Source of the DNA: an uncultured Gammaproteobacteria bacterium
GTDB taxonomy: Bacteria; Pseudomonadota; Gammaproteobacteria; DRLM01
DNA length: 64,000 nucleotides
NCBI GenBank assembly: GCA_963729605.1
Contig: CAVSNY010000003.1
Location: 288,001-352,000, forward strand
Direction: 5' to 3'
Of the stretch, positions 50,475 to 60,089 are shown piece by piece. The notes under the pieces were generated by a model. That model did not search any database. It worked only from the letters and a program-made list of their open reading frames with translations, and was not told the DNA's origin. The position numbers were made by a program, and so were the translations under genes. The first letter of the stretch is position 1; the number at the start of each line of letters is the position of its first letter.

Positions 50475-53471
50475 TCACGGCATCTCCTCCAGATAATCGA
50501 ACGGCCCGTTGTCGAGCAGCAGCAACTCGGCGGCGACGGCCTTGCCTTGCGCATCCACCGTCGCGGCGTCCGGGCTCAGACGCTGCTCCAGACCGATCGT
50601 GGCGCCGCGATAAAAACGGTCGAGGTCCACGCCCACTACGCCTTCGACCTCTTGCGCCGCGGCGATGACTTCCGAACGCGCCACGCCTTGGCCGAAGTCG
50701 CGCGCGTCGAACGAGAAGGTCTCGCGCAGCGCGGCCTCGACATCCGCCAGGACCTTCTTGCTCTCGAAGTCCGGGTCGCGTTTGATGCGCAGCGCGAGGC
50801 GAAATCTCGCCTCGCGGTAGGCCGCCAGCTCGCAGTGCACCAGCGGGTCGCCGTTCTGCTTGAGGGCGGCGAGCAGCTTGTTCAATGTGGTGGCCGGCGG
50901 TGATACACCGTCATCGCCGGCGACGGTGACGAATACCGTGCGGCCGGCGCGGGTGTTGAGCACGCGCACCTCGGCCTTGGCGAGGCCGGTGTAGGCGCGC
51001 GCGTAGTCCGCGTAGTCCTGCACCGACACCACGCGGCCGAGGGTGCGCACGCCGAGCGGCATATTGCGGCGCGCATGGGCGCTGCCGTCGGCATCGACGC
51101 CACCCGCCGCGGCTAGCGGGTTACTCACCGCCTTCAGGCCCAGCGGCCGGGTGAGCAGTTGCGAGAGTTGACCGGCCTGCACGTTGCCCGCCGCGCCCAA
51201 ACCCTTGCGATAGACGGCGCGCACATTGTCCTGACCGGTCGGCAGGCGCGCGCCGCGGCGGCCGTCGCCGAATTGAATCACGCCCGCGCCGTCTTCATCG
51301 ACGCGTAGCGCATAAACGCGGTCATTGCCGTCGGTTTGATAAAGCGTCGGCGCCTCATGCCAGAGCAGGTCGTTGACCCGCACCTCCAGCGCCGCCTCGG
51401 CGCCGCTCTCGTTTTCGGCGCCGACGTAGGTGAGCGGGGTATGTTTGAGCTTGAAACGCTGATGGCTTTGCCGGGCGGCGCCGCCGCCGAGGATCTGATG
51501 CACGGTCTCGCCGTGGGTGGCGAGCGCGACATTGGCGTAGAGAGTGACGGTGTCGCGCTGGTATTGCCCTTGCAGGGAGGTGGTGAAGTAGAGCTTGGTG
51601 GTATCGCCCGCCGCTTCGGTCTTGAGCAGGGTCAAGACTTCGCTCATGGTCGTGCCGTCGATAGTATCGCCGCTCAAGATGAGCTTGCGTCCCTCGGCGA
51701 GGTCCGCGACCGCGGTTTGCAGCGTAAGACTGTCGCCGGTCACCACGTCGGTGATCGGTGTCTCGGCGAGATCGAGCCGTTCACTCTGCGCGAATACCGC
51801 GGTCTCGCGCAATTTCTCGTTGAACAGTTCGCGCAGGTTCTCGCCCTTCAGCACCACTCGCGTGGTCTTGCCGGTGAGGGTGAAGCTCGCGCGAGCGTCC
51901 TCGCCCGCGCTGTCGACGCGATACAGCTCCTGATATTCGGGTATCGACAGCACCAGCCAGCCGCCGGCGACGATCTGCGCATAAAGCGCGTCGAGGTGAA
52001 CGGTGTGGACATTGCGCGGATAGAGCCGGTTTTGCGGGATGATCTCCTTGGCCAGCCCCGGCGGTGTCCAGAATAATTTAATCAGCGCCGCGCCGCCGTT
52101 CTCGTAATACTCGAGCCGGATGTCGTATTTCTTGCCGGCGACCAGCGCGATGCTGCCGCTGTTCTCCGTCGCGCCGTGATCGGTCCAGTTGTTGATGATC
52201 AGTTGATCGTCGACCCACAGGCGCACGCCGTCGTCGGACATGGTGTGAAAGCCGTAGCTGCCGGAGACGGGGGCTTGCACCCAGCCGCTCCAGCGCACCG
52301 AGAAAGTATCGCCGCCGATTTGCGGGGCGGGCGAGCCGCCGCCCCAGTCGAAGTTCACCGTGGCGTCGTTACGCGTGAGTTTGCGCGCCGAGAGATTCTT
52401 GTTGTCGAAATAGTCGCCGCAGAGGCCGCTGCCGGTGGCGGCGCCGGTGGGCGGATCGGAGATGTCGGCGATGGTGAAACCGGGCCATTCGCCGGCGGTG
52501 ATGGGATCGCTGGGGCCGAGGCCCAGATAGCCGCGCTTGATCGCGTCGGACATCACCCGCCAGTCGGGCGCGTTGTGGCCGAACAGCGAGGCGCGCTGGC
52601 GCAGCGCGTAGACCTTGGGATTCGCCGCCGGGGTAACGAATGGCGAAGCCGTGCCGAGGCCGCGCTCCAAGGTCACGACGGTATGATCGGCATCGGAATC
52701 GAGCTCCACCGCGGTGACACGGCGGAAATCCCAGTTCTCGTTGCCCGAGTCGTTTTCGCGTTCACTGCCGACCAAGAGCAGGGCATCGCCGGGTCTGAGC
52801 CGCGTCGCCGTGCCTTGCAGATAAAGGGTTTTGGTGCCGAACACCGGCAATATCAATTTACGGGTCTGCGGTTTGAGGGCATTCCACGCCGGCCGCGCCT
52901 CGATGCGCTCGATGGTCTCGAATGTTTGCGGCTTTTCATCGGGGCCGGGCATGCTCTGCACCTTGACGCCCATGTCCAGCGTGATCTTGGCGGGCACGCC
53001 CGAGGCCTGTTTGGGTTCAGCGCTCGCGGGCTGCGGCGGCGGCTCTTGCAAGGTGAAGGCGAGATAAGTCTCGGCGGCGACACCGGGTTTGAGGCGATAG
53101 CCGATCAGCCGCGCCAGTTCGCTCAGCGACAAGCGTTCGGTGGCGGTGCGCAAATAAGCCTCGTTGGCGAGACGCTCCTGATAGAAGCTCAACACATCGG
53201 CCATGCAGGCGTAGGCATCGAGCAGGGCGATGGAGAAATCATCGCCGTCGCGGGTGCGCAGCTTGGCGAGCGCGGGATGATCCTGCGACGACAGCCGCGC
53301 CCACAAGCTCGCGTACACCTCGGCATGGGTGCCGATGCGATAGGCGATGGCGGCGAGCCCGGGCCGGTTGTAGAGTACGGACGGCGCCTGCACGCTCACG
53401 CCGTCGCAGCCGCCGCAGCCGCCGCAGCCGCCGCAGGCGTCTTGAGGCGAGGATGTCGCGCTAATGGTCAT
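50475..53471 (-). CDS. Baseplate J-like assembly protein with an inserted PA14 domain
   Basis: NRPGL..IAYRIG, DVLSFYQERLANEAYLRTA, FGDGRRGARLPTG, RVVSVQDY; PA14 motifs FSVRWSG, SDDGVRLWVD, IRLEYYE. Confidence 0.85.
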   Translation of the reverse strand: MTISATSSPQDACGGCGGCGGCDGVSVQAPSVLYNRPGLAAIAYRIGTHAEVYASLWARLSSQDHPALAKLRTRDGDDFSIALLDAYACMADVLSFYQERLANEAYLRTATERLSLSELARLIGYRLKPGVAAETYLAFTLQEPPPQPASAEPKQASGVPAKITLDMGVKVQSMPGPDEKPQTFETIERIEARPAWNALKPQTRKLILPVFGTKTLYLQGTATRLRPGDALLLVGSERENDSGNENWDFRRVTAVELDSDADHTVVTLERGLGTASPFVTPAANPKVYALRQRASLFGHNAPDWRVMSDAIKRGYLGLGPSDPITAGEWPGFTIADISDPPTGAATGSGLCGDYFDNKNLSARKLTRNDATVNFDWGGGSPAPQIGGDTFSVRWSGWVQAPVSGSYGFHTMSDDGVRLWVDDQLIINNWTDHGATENSGSIALVAGKKYDIRLEYYENGGAALIKLFWTPPGLAKEIIPQNRLYPRNVHTVHLDALYAQIVAGGWLVLSIPEYQELYRVDSAGEDARASFTLTGKTTRVVLKGENLRELFNEKLRETAVFAQSERLDLAETPITDVVTGDSLTLQTAVADLAEGRKLILSGDTIDGTTMSEVLTLLKTEAAGDTTKLYFTTSLQGQYQRDTVTLYANVALATHGETVHQILGGGAARQSHQRFKLKHTPLTYVGAENESGAEAALEVRVNDLLWHEAPTLYQTDGNDRVYALRVDEDGAGVIQFGDGRRGARLPTGQDNVRAVYRKGLGAAGNVQAGQLSQLLTRPLGLKAVSNPLAAAGGVDADGSAHARRNMPLGVRTLGRVVSVQDYADYARAYTGLAKAEVRVLNTRAGRTVFVTVAGDDGVSPPATTLNKLLAALKQNGDPLVHCELAAYREARFRLALRIKRDPDFESKKVLADVEAALRETFSFDARDFGQGVARSEVIAAAQEVEGVVGVDLDRFYRGATIGLEQRLSPDAATVDAQGKAVAAELLLLDNGPFDYLEEMP

Positions 53472-53479
53472 ATATTCTT

Positions 53480-53833
53480 CCCCTCTCCCTGTCCCTCTCC
53501 CGCAAGGGGAGAGGGGACGTACATGCAAGGGTTTTGCTTGAAACCCCGATCTTGCCGCCGTCGATGATGAACACGCCCTCGTGAGGGAACGTGCATCCAA
53601 GACCTTCGCTCAAAACCCCTCTCCCCTCGCGGGGAGAGCGCAGCGAGGGGGGCGAAGCCGGTTGGGGAGAGGGGGCGTACATGCAAGAGTTTTGCTTAAA
53701 ACCCCGATCTTGCCGCCGCCGATGATGAACACGCCCTCGTGAGGGAACGTGTCTCCAAGGCCTACGCTTAAAGCCCCTCTCCCCTTGCGGGGAGAGCGCA
53801 GCGAGGGGGGCGAAGCCGGTTGGGGAGAGGGGG
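53480..53833. repeat. Three BoxC-like palindromes within a 158-bp tandem duplication
   Basis: ACATGCAAG at 53521 and 53679; extended units at 53616-53675 and 53774-53833; simple unit at 53480-53516. Confidence 0.9.
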
Positions 53834-53912
53834 AGTGGATACAACTCGGATACTCCGGCTTTATCCCTCGCCGCGTCCATCGTCGATGGACATGAGGCAT
53901 GACACGGCCCGC

Positions 53913-56658
53913 TCATTTTCCACCTCCCACCGACAGTTTCAACACACCGCGTTCCGGAAAATTGGGATCGTTGTCGAGTCGTGCGATCTCCAGGCGGTCC
54001 AGGTTCAGCACGCCGTCGTCCAAGGGTTTCGGGTCCGGAAAACGCAGGCGCTGAAAGCTGTCGATCACCACCGAGGCCACGCCTTGCACCGCCTGCGCCG
54101 CTTGGTACAGCGTGCTGAGATACACGGGTTGACCGAAGGTGAAGTTGTCCGGATGGAACAGGGCGCGTGAGCCGTCGGCCAGCCAGCCGCGGCTGAACAC
54201 CCGCATCAGCGCGGCGCGCACGTCGGCGCGGAAATAATCGGGTTTGACGCACACCGTCATCGCCACCTGCAACGGCACGTAGCGCGGACCGTCGACTTCG
54301 AGATCGTAGCCCGCCATGCGGTAGCGCTCGACGTGTTCGCGTATCCCTTGTTCATATTGCGCGTCCACCTCGCCGCCGCCCTTGCGGTCGACGGTGAGAA
54401 ATACCGTGTGCCAGCTGCCGGTCCAACGGAAACTCGCGGCGGCGCGCTGCACGCCGGCATGGCGCTCGGTGATCTCGGCGTAATCGGCCGGGGTGACGGC
54501 GCGCTCCTGCACGCGAAAGGCCTCGGGCGCATCGCGGCGGATGTCCTCGGCGCTCTCCGGCTCGCTGCCGCCCTGCGCCGGCAGCGGATTGGCGATGCGC
54601 AACAGGCGCGCGTCGTTACTGACGACGTGCGCCAGCGAGTCCAGGCCGATATTGCCGGCCGCCCCGTTACCGATGCGGTAAGTCGCGGTGAAATGCGGTG
54701 CCGCTGTCCGGGCGTTTGCCATGGACGTCGTCGCCGAAACGCAGCAGGGCGCTGCCGTCGTGTTCGCTCTCCACCACGAATTCGCTGGCGGCCGCGTCGC
54801 TCGCGAGCAGGTCGAGGCGCGGCCGCCACGTATCGGGCGTGCCTTGATAAAGACTGGCGAGCGTGATGGCCGGCCGCGCGCGCCGCGGGTCGGCGGCGGT
54901 GATCAGCGCGGCGGCGGCATCCAGTGGATACACCAGCACCAACCCGCCGGCGAGCCGCAGGCGATAGGCATCGACGCCGTCGGCCACCGACCACAGGCCG
55001 TCGCCGCCTTGCACGACCGCCGGGCCCGCGTCCAACACCACGCCCTGCGCCTGCAAGGCCGCGCGCAGCGCCGGCGTGAACGCGCGCGTCTGCAAGGCGG
55101 TGATGACGGCCGCCGTCGCGGTGAAGGTGAATAATGGCGCGGCGGTGAGCGGCAGGGCGCGGGTGAGCGGCCGTTCCGCGAGTGGTGGCCGGAAACGCGG
55201 CGGTACGCCTTGCAAGGGCGGTCGTTCGCAACTCAGCGTCTCGTTCACCGTCGCGAGCGTGAGCCGCGAGGCGGACACCTCGCCGAGGTCTTCGCCCGCG
55301 AGGGTGCGGCCGTGATCGGCGAGCACGATGTTGCCGTAAGCGACGCTGACTTCGTCGAGATAGACCGCGCCTTGATCCTGGTCGGTGATCGTGGAGAGAC
55401 ACAAGGGAAGGGGCAGCGCGTCGTGTTCCGCCCACTGTATCTCCGTCACGTCCAGCGGATCGTTGTTGGGCACCGGCAGGAACAGGCCGCCCGACGGGTC
55501 TTGCGCGAGGCGCGCGTCGGTGAGGCGCACGGCGCAACGGTGCGCGCGGGCGGCGTCCTCGGCGCGACCGGTGCGCGGCCCGAACTCTTCGGCGAACACC
55601 AGCACGTCGCCGGCCTTGAGGTTGGGATAACGGCCCGCGAGCGTGGCGCGCGTCGCGCCCTTGGGCAGGCAGCATTCGCGTTCGCCCCAGCTGTAGAACG
55701 TGATGCGCTCGTGCGCCTGATAGAGCAGGGTGTCTTCCACCGTCTCGAACACCACCGGGCCGAGCGCCAGGGCATCGCGCAGTTGATCGCCGGCGGGCGC
55801 GATGCGTTCCGGCAGATCGGCGACGCGGCTCAGCAGCGGCGTGGCGCGCGGCAACGGCACGCCGTCGTCGTTGACGAACACCCGCACCCAGACGCGCGCG
55901 TTGCAGCCTTCGTGTACTTGATAATCCACTAGGCGCGCGTGGCGGCGCAGCGAAATGCGGCGGCGCGCGGTGCCGAGATAGGCCTCGGTGGCGACGGCAT
56001 CCTGCTGATACGAGAGTTGATCGCCGACGTAGGCCAGCAGCTCTACCAGGGTGACGCCGGCATCGGCGGGATTGCGGCTCCGCCATTCGGGCATCAGCAC
56101 GCTCATGCGGTCGAGCATCAGGCGGCGGAAGCTCGGGTAGTCCTTGGCGAGATAGTCGAGGCGCGGATTGATCGCGGGCGGGGTGGGACAGGGCGTGGCG
56201 CTCGCGCAGTCGAAGTCGGACTCGCACTGCACCTTGAAGGAAAACTGGATTTCACTGAGACGCGGATCGAAGCCCGCGGGCGGTGCATTGCTGCCGGCAC
56301 CGCTCACCAGCCGCAGGTTGTAAATCGAGAAATCGCCGTAAAACTGGGTGCGGATCACCAGGAATTCGTTGAGCGGCGCGAGGCCGTCGACCAGGCTCGC
56401 CGGTTCGCCGGCGGGCAGGGCGTCGGCGACCGCGATCCAGTCGATGTCCACCGTCTTGATGCGCTCGCCGCCGTCGATGCGGATATTCTCTTTACCGAGC
56501 GAGGGCACCGGCCGCAGAAATTTCACGAACAGCGTGAGCTGGCGGGTGACATCGCCGGGGAAGCCGCTGTCGCGCACCTCGAGATAGTCGAGGCCGTTGA
56601 GCGTGCCGTTGAGCTTGACGACATCGAGGCGGCGTTGGTCGCAGCAGTGATATTTCAT
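53913..56658 (-). pseudogene. Baseplate J-like assembly protein with a +1 frameshift at about 54692 (possibly an artefact)
   Basis: DYLAKDYPSFR...FGDDVHGKRPDSGTAF continues as TATYRIGNG...QERAVTPADY in another frame; one extra T in a short T run. Confidence 0.82.
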
Positions 56659-56680
56659 AATAATGCGCCTCCCGCCGCCG

Positions 56681-57049
56681 TCATATCGCGCCTCCCGGTG
56701 CGTTGATCCGCGCCGTACCGCGCTGCCGGCTGCGGTTTTCGATGTATTGCACGGTGATGAGCAGCGCGCCGTCCTGCGCCTCCACGCCCACCGCCTCGAC
56801 GGTGATGAGATCGCTCAGCCATTGCTGCAAGGCGCCCTGCACCAGGAATTGGGTGGTCGCCGCGACTTCCGGACTCGCGGCGGCGAACACCAGTTGCATC
56901 ACGCCGCTGCCGAAACCGGGCCGCATCACCCGTTCGCCCGGCGCGGTGAGCAAGACCTGTTCGATGAGATCGCGGATATGGCCGGAGCTGTCGGTCTCCG
57001 CCGTGCGGCCGCGGCCGTCGAAGTGGAAGGGATAGTCGATGTTGCTCAT
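56681..57049 (-). CDS. GPW/gp25-family baseplate protein
   Basis: IEQVLLTAPGERVMRPGFGSG. Confidence 0.9.
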   Translation of the reverse strand: MSNIDYPFHFDGRGRTAETDSSGHIRDLIEQVLLTAPGERVMRPGFGSGVMQLVFAAASPEVAATTQFLVQGALQQWLSDLITVEAVGVEAQDGALLITVQYIENRSRQRGTARINAPGGAI

Positions 57050-57363
57050 GTCGCAAGCACCCGGGGTTGCACGACCAAAGGCAATAAGCCGGTGCCCGTT
57101 GGCACACACACCGCCGTGCCGGTTTGCAACAATACCGGCGCGCCGCCCGCCAGCACCCGCACCGCGCCCACCACCCATTGCGCGGTGACGCAGGGCGGGT
57201 TGGGTGTGCCGGTGAGGGCACAGCCGGTGATGGCGTACGGCGTGGTCAGCGTAGTCACCGGCTGGCCGCTCACCAACACGCGCGGAAACGGCGTGAGCGG
57301 TGTCGCCGGCCCCGCGTGCATGCAGGTGATCGTGGCACCGAGATGGAGGATGGGCGCGGGCAT
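57046..57363 (-). CDS. PAAR-like spike-tip protein
   Basis: 105 aa; CMH plus three further Cys; RVLVSGQPV and RVLAGGAPV repeats; lies between the spike and gp25 genes. Confidence 0.75.
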   Translation of the reverse strand: MPAPILHLGATITCMHAGPATPLTPFPRVLVSGQPVTTLTTPYAITGCALTGTPNPPCVTAQWVVGAVRVLAGGAPVLLQTGTAVCVPTGTGLLPLVVQPRVLAT

Positions 57364-57387
57364 TAGTGTTTGCTCTCGATCTTTCTA

Positions 57388-57645
57388 CCCCTCTCCCCCG
57401 GCCGGCTTCGCCCCCCTCGCTGCGCTCTCCCCTCAAGGGGAGAGGGGAGGAAAGAGAGGGTCGCGGTTCGATGCTGTTCTACGTCTTTATAAATGAGTTG
57501 ATTTAAAACCCCTCTCCCTTCAAGCGAGAAAGGTCGGGGAGAGGTGCTGGGGGAGAGGGTGGCGGTTCGATGCTGTTTTACGTCTTTATGAATGAGCTGC
57601 TTTAACACCTCTTTCTCTTCAAGCGAGAGGAGTCGGGGAGAGGGG
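57388..57645. repeat. BoxC-like units and a ~99-bp tandem duplication
   Basis: 57388-57447 is the inverted copy of the 53616 unit; GCGGTTCGATGCTG occurs at 57463 and 57562. Confidence 0.85.
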
Positions 57646-57695
57646 AATAAATTCACTGCACCGGCGCTGTTCGTCATGCTGCCTATCTCCTTTCC

Positions 57696-58211
57696 CTATA
57701 CCACCGTGAGTGCGCCGAGATTGATGTCCACCGTCGGCCCGGTGAGATTGATCACCGCGCCCTTGCCGTTGGAAATCAGGATGCCGATGTCGGTCACCGA
57801 GATCATGGCGCCGGTCGCGGTCTGGATCTGGATGCCGCCGGTGGGGCCCGGCACATCGCTGATGACGATGCCGTTCTTGAGTGGTGTCTGCAGGGTGATG
57901 CCCGGCACCACCGGCGGCACCATGCGCGACAGCACCGGCACCTCGGCCGCCGTGCCCCAGAATCCGCCGACCCAGATCGGATAGTCGGGATCGCCCTGTT
58001 CGAACTCCACCCACACGCCGGAGCCGATCAGTGGCAGGGTGAACATACCCATATTGATGCCCGCCACCGGTGCGCAGGGCATGGCCCAGCTCGACAACAT
58101 CAGGTTCGACACGTCGGGCACCATCACTTGAATGCGGGCGATCTGCATGGGGTCGATGTTGTTGACCACCGTGCCGCGGTATTTGCCGTAGTAGTGCTTG
58201 CTCTCGCTCAT
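57696..58211 (-). CDS. Baseplate assembly protein V / gp5 OB-fold short spike
   Basis: YYGKYRGTV.NNIDP, WAMPC, VWVEFEQGDPDYPIWVG. Confidence 0.88.
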   Translation of the reverse strand: MSESKHYYGKYRGTVVNNIDPMQIARIQVMVPDVSNLMLSSWAMPCAPVAGINMGMFTLPLIGSGVWVEFEQGDPDYPIWVGGFWGTAAEVPVLSRMVPPVVPGITLQTPLKNGIVISDVPGPTGGIQIQTATGAMISVTDIGILISNGKGAVINLTGPTVDINLGALTVV

Positions 58212-58240
58212 CGTGGCCTCTGACTCTCGTCTTCTTTAAG

Positions 58241-58585
58241 CCCCTCTCCCCTTGAGGGAAAGGAGAGGGTGAGAGAGCAACACCCTGCGCGATCTCTGCA
58301 ATCTGGCCCCTCTCCCCTTGAGGGAGAGGGGAGGGGGAGAGGGGAAGTGGAAAAATACTCCGCAATCCTTTCCAGCACCGCCACCGTTTCATTCAACACT
58401 TCGGTGTTCCAAAAACGCAGCACGCGAAAACCATGTTTATTCAACGTCATTTTTATTTCTCCCCCTCTCCCCCGGCCCCTCTCCCGCGAGGGGAGAGGGG
58501 GGGAAGCGCGATGTCCTGAAAGCCATGAGATGAACTGTTTCAAAGCCCCTCTCCCTTGATGGGAGAGGGGGTGGGGAGAGGGTGA
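58241..58585. repeat. Cluster of four BoxC-like palindromes enclosing a DUF559 relic
   Basis: Units starting at 58241, 58307, 58461 and 58546, each CCCCTCTCCC-N-GGGA(G/A)AGG with a tail. Confidence 0.85.
58345..58450 (-). pseudogene. DUF559 endonuclease C-terminal fragment
   Basis: MTLNKHGFRVLRFWNTEVLNETVAVLERIAEY is the typical DUF559 C-terminus. Confidence 0.8.
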
Positions 58586-58603
58586 GATAATTCAAGCCCT
58601 CGC

Positions 58604-59734
58604 TCATGCCGGCACCCTCGCTACGGTGGACAACAAACCATTGCGCACCAGCGTGAAACCCTGTTTGTATTCGCCGTGTTTGATGCTGTGAGTGACGCTT
58701 TTGACGTAATAGAGTCCGTCATACGCCGCGCCGACGCCGCGCACGCCCACCAGTTGCCGCGCCTTCAATATCCGGCCGTAGCGCACCACGTTGAGCGTAC
58801 CGGTGCCGGTCACCGCATCGGCGTGTTGCGAGGCGTAGGCGAGTCCGGTCATCACCGCGCTCAACGGCGACTGCTTGGCGGTGTCGTTGAGAAATTTGAT
58901 CTTGGGCGGCAGCGGCGGCACCAGACCGAGCGGCGGATTGAGCGGCGTGATGTCGGGGATGGGAATCGGGATAGGAATCTTGGTGGCCTGATTCTGAATG
59001 AAGACCACCGGCAGTTCCTTCGTTTCTTTATCGAAAGTAAACGACAGCGACTCCACGTTGGTATGCGCGTCCATGTCGGTGTTGAGCGCCGGTTGCGGCG
59101 CGCCCACTTTGATCTCCGGTCCCCAATAGGCGCGGCTGGTGCCGGGCAGCGGGCCGGGGTCGATATAAAACACATAGCCCGCTTCGAGCGCGAGCCGCTT
59201 CACATAGCCGTAGTCCGTGCCTTGCTGGCGCGGGATGCGTTCGATGGGGATGGGGATATCTTCCACCACGCTCGGGATCACCAGCGGTATCACGCCGAAG
59301 GCGGCGTATTTGGCGAGGGTGATCAACACCCGCAGCGCCGGCGGCATGGCGGGGAAGGGGATGCCGTCGAGTTCGATGAAGTCCATCAGCGCGCTGAGAT
59401 CCTTGCCCTTCACCACCAGCGTGGATTTGCCGCCGCCGGCGCCGGGCCGCACCTCGTGATGGGTCATCACACCGTCCATCAGCACCTCGGCGTTGGCGCC
59501 CATCATCGCCACGATCACGACGCGCACGATGGGAATACCGCCACCGCCGGTGAGCAGAAACAACGTGTGCAGCGGCGAACGTTTGGACAGCGTGAAGGTG
59601 AGTTCGAAACCGCTTTGAGTATCGCCGCCACTCACCTGCACCTGCACCTGTTCCAGCGCCTCGATCACCTCGCGCGGCGCCGGGATGGGTACGGCGGGGC
59701 CGATGTAGAGTTGCAGGTTGATCCCCTTAAGCAT
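58604..59734 (-). CDS. gp27 / late-control-D-like baseplate hub protein
   Basis: GKDLSALMD, QQGTDYGYV..LA..GYVFY, RYGRILKARQLVGVRGVG..YDGLYYV..VTH. Confidence 0.72.
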   Translation of the reverse strand: MLKGINLQLYIGPAVPIPAPREVIEALEQVQVQVSGGDTQSGFELTFTLSKRSPLHTLFLLTGGGGIPIVRVVIVAMMGANAEVLMDGVMTHHEVRPGAGGGKSTLVVKGKDLSALMDFIELDGIPFPAMPPALRVLITLAKYAAFGVIPLVIPSVVEDIPIPIERIPRQQGTDYGYVKRLALEAGYVFYIDPGPLPGTSRAYWGPEIKVGAPQPALNTDMDAHTNVESLSFTFDKETKELPVVFIQNQATKIPIPIPIPDITPLNPPLGLVPPLPPKIKFLNDTAKQSPLSAVMTGLAYASQHADAVTGTGTLNVVRYGRILKARQLVGVRGVGAAYDGLYYVKSVTHSIKHGEYKQGFTLVRNGLLSTVARVPA

Positions 59735-60089
59735 CGCTCGCCCCCGGCACGCCTTCCGGCAGTGTGATGGCGATGGGTGCGCCCGGCGCCGCGGTGAGTT
59801 CCGCGGGTCGCAGCGCGCCGTTGGCATCGCATAACCGCCAATAGAGTTCCGCGTCGCCGAGATAACGCGCGGCCAAATTATCGAGGCGGTCGCCCTGGGT
59901 TACCGTGTGGAGTTGCAACACCGCGAAATTCTCCGGCGGCGGCACGAATCGGCGTTTGAGATAGGCGACGGGTTCCTGATTGGTTTGTTCGAGGGTCGTC
60001 ACCGCAATGCCGTGATACCGGCTATTGGACGGAAACGGCGAGGTGTTCAGCACCCCCGCTTGCAATAAGGCCTGTAAGGGATCGCTCAT
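59727..60089 (-). CDS. LysM-domain baseplate protein
   Basis: SRY motif; HTVTQGDRLDNLAARYLGD..LYWRLCDAN. Confidence 0.88.
   Translation of the reverse strand: MSDPLQALLQAGVLNTSPFPSNSRYHGIAVTTLEQTNQEPVAYLKRRFVPPPENFAVLQLHTVTQGDRLDNLAARYLGDAELYWRLCDANGALRPAELTAAPGAPIAITLPEGVPGASDA

Noticed and set aside
53403-53437. 9-bp tandem repeat (GCCGCCGCA)x3
   Set aside because: It is in frame and encodes Cys-Gly-Gly repeats in the baseplate N-terminus; no sign of phase variation.
53461-54252. ORFs crossing the repeat clusters, including 57363-57677 and 57619-58392
   Set aside because: Their translations are dominated by PLSPxGERG, a product of the palindromes, so they are unlikely to be real genes.
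53480-58585. CRISPR array interpretation of the intergenic repeats
   Set aside because: Units vary in length and orientation, spacers are duplicated rather than unique, and no cas genes are present.
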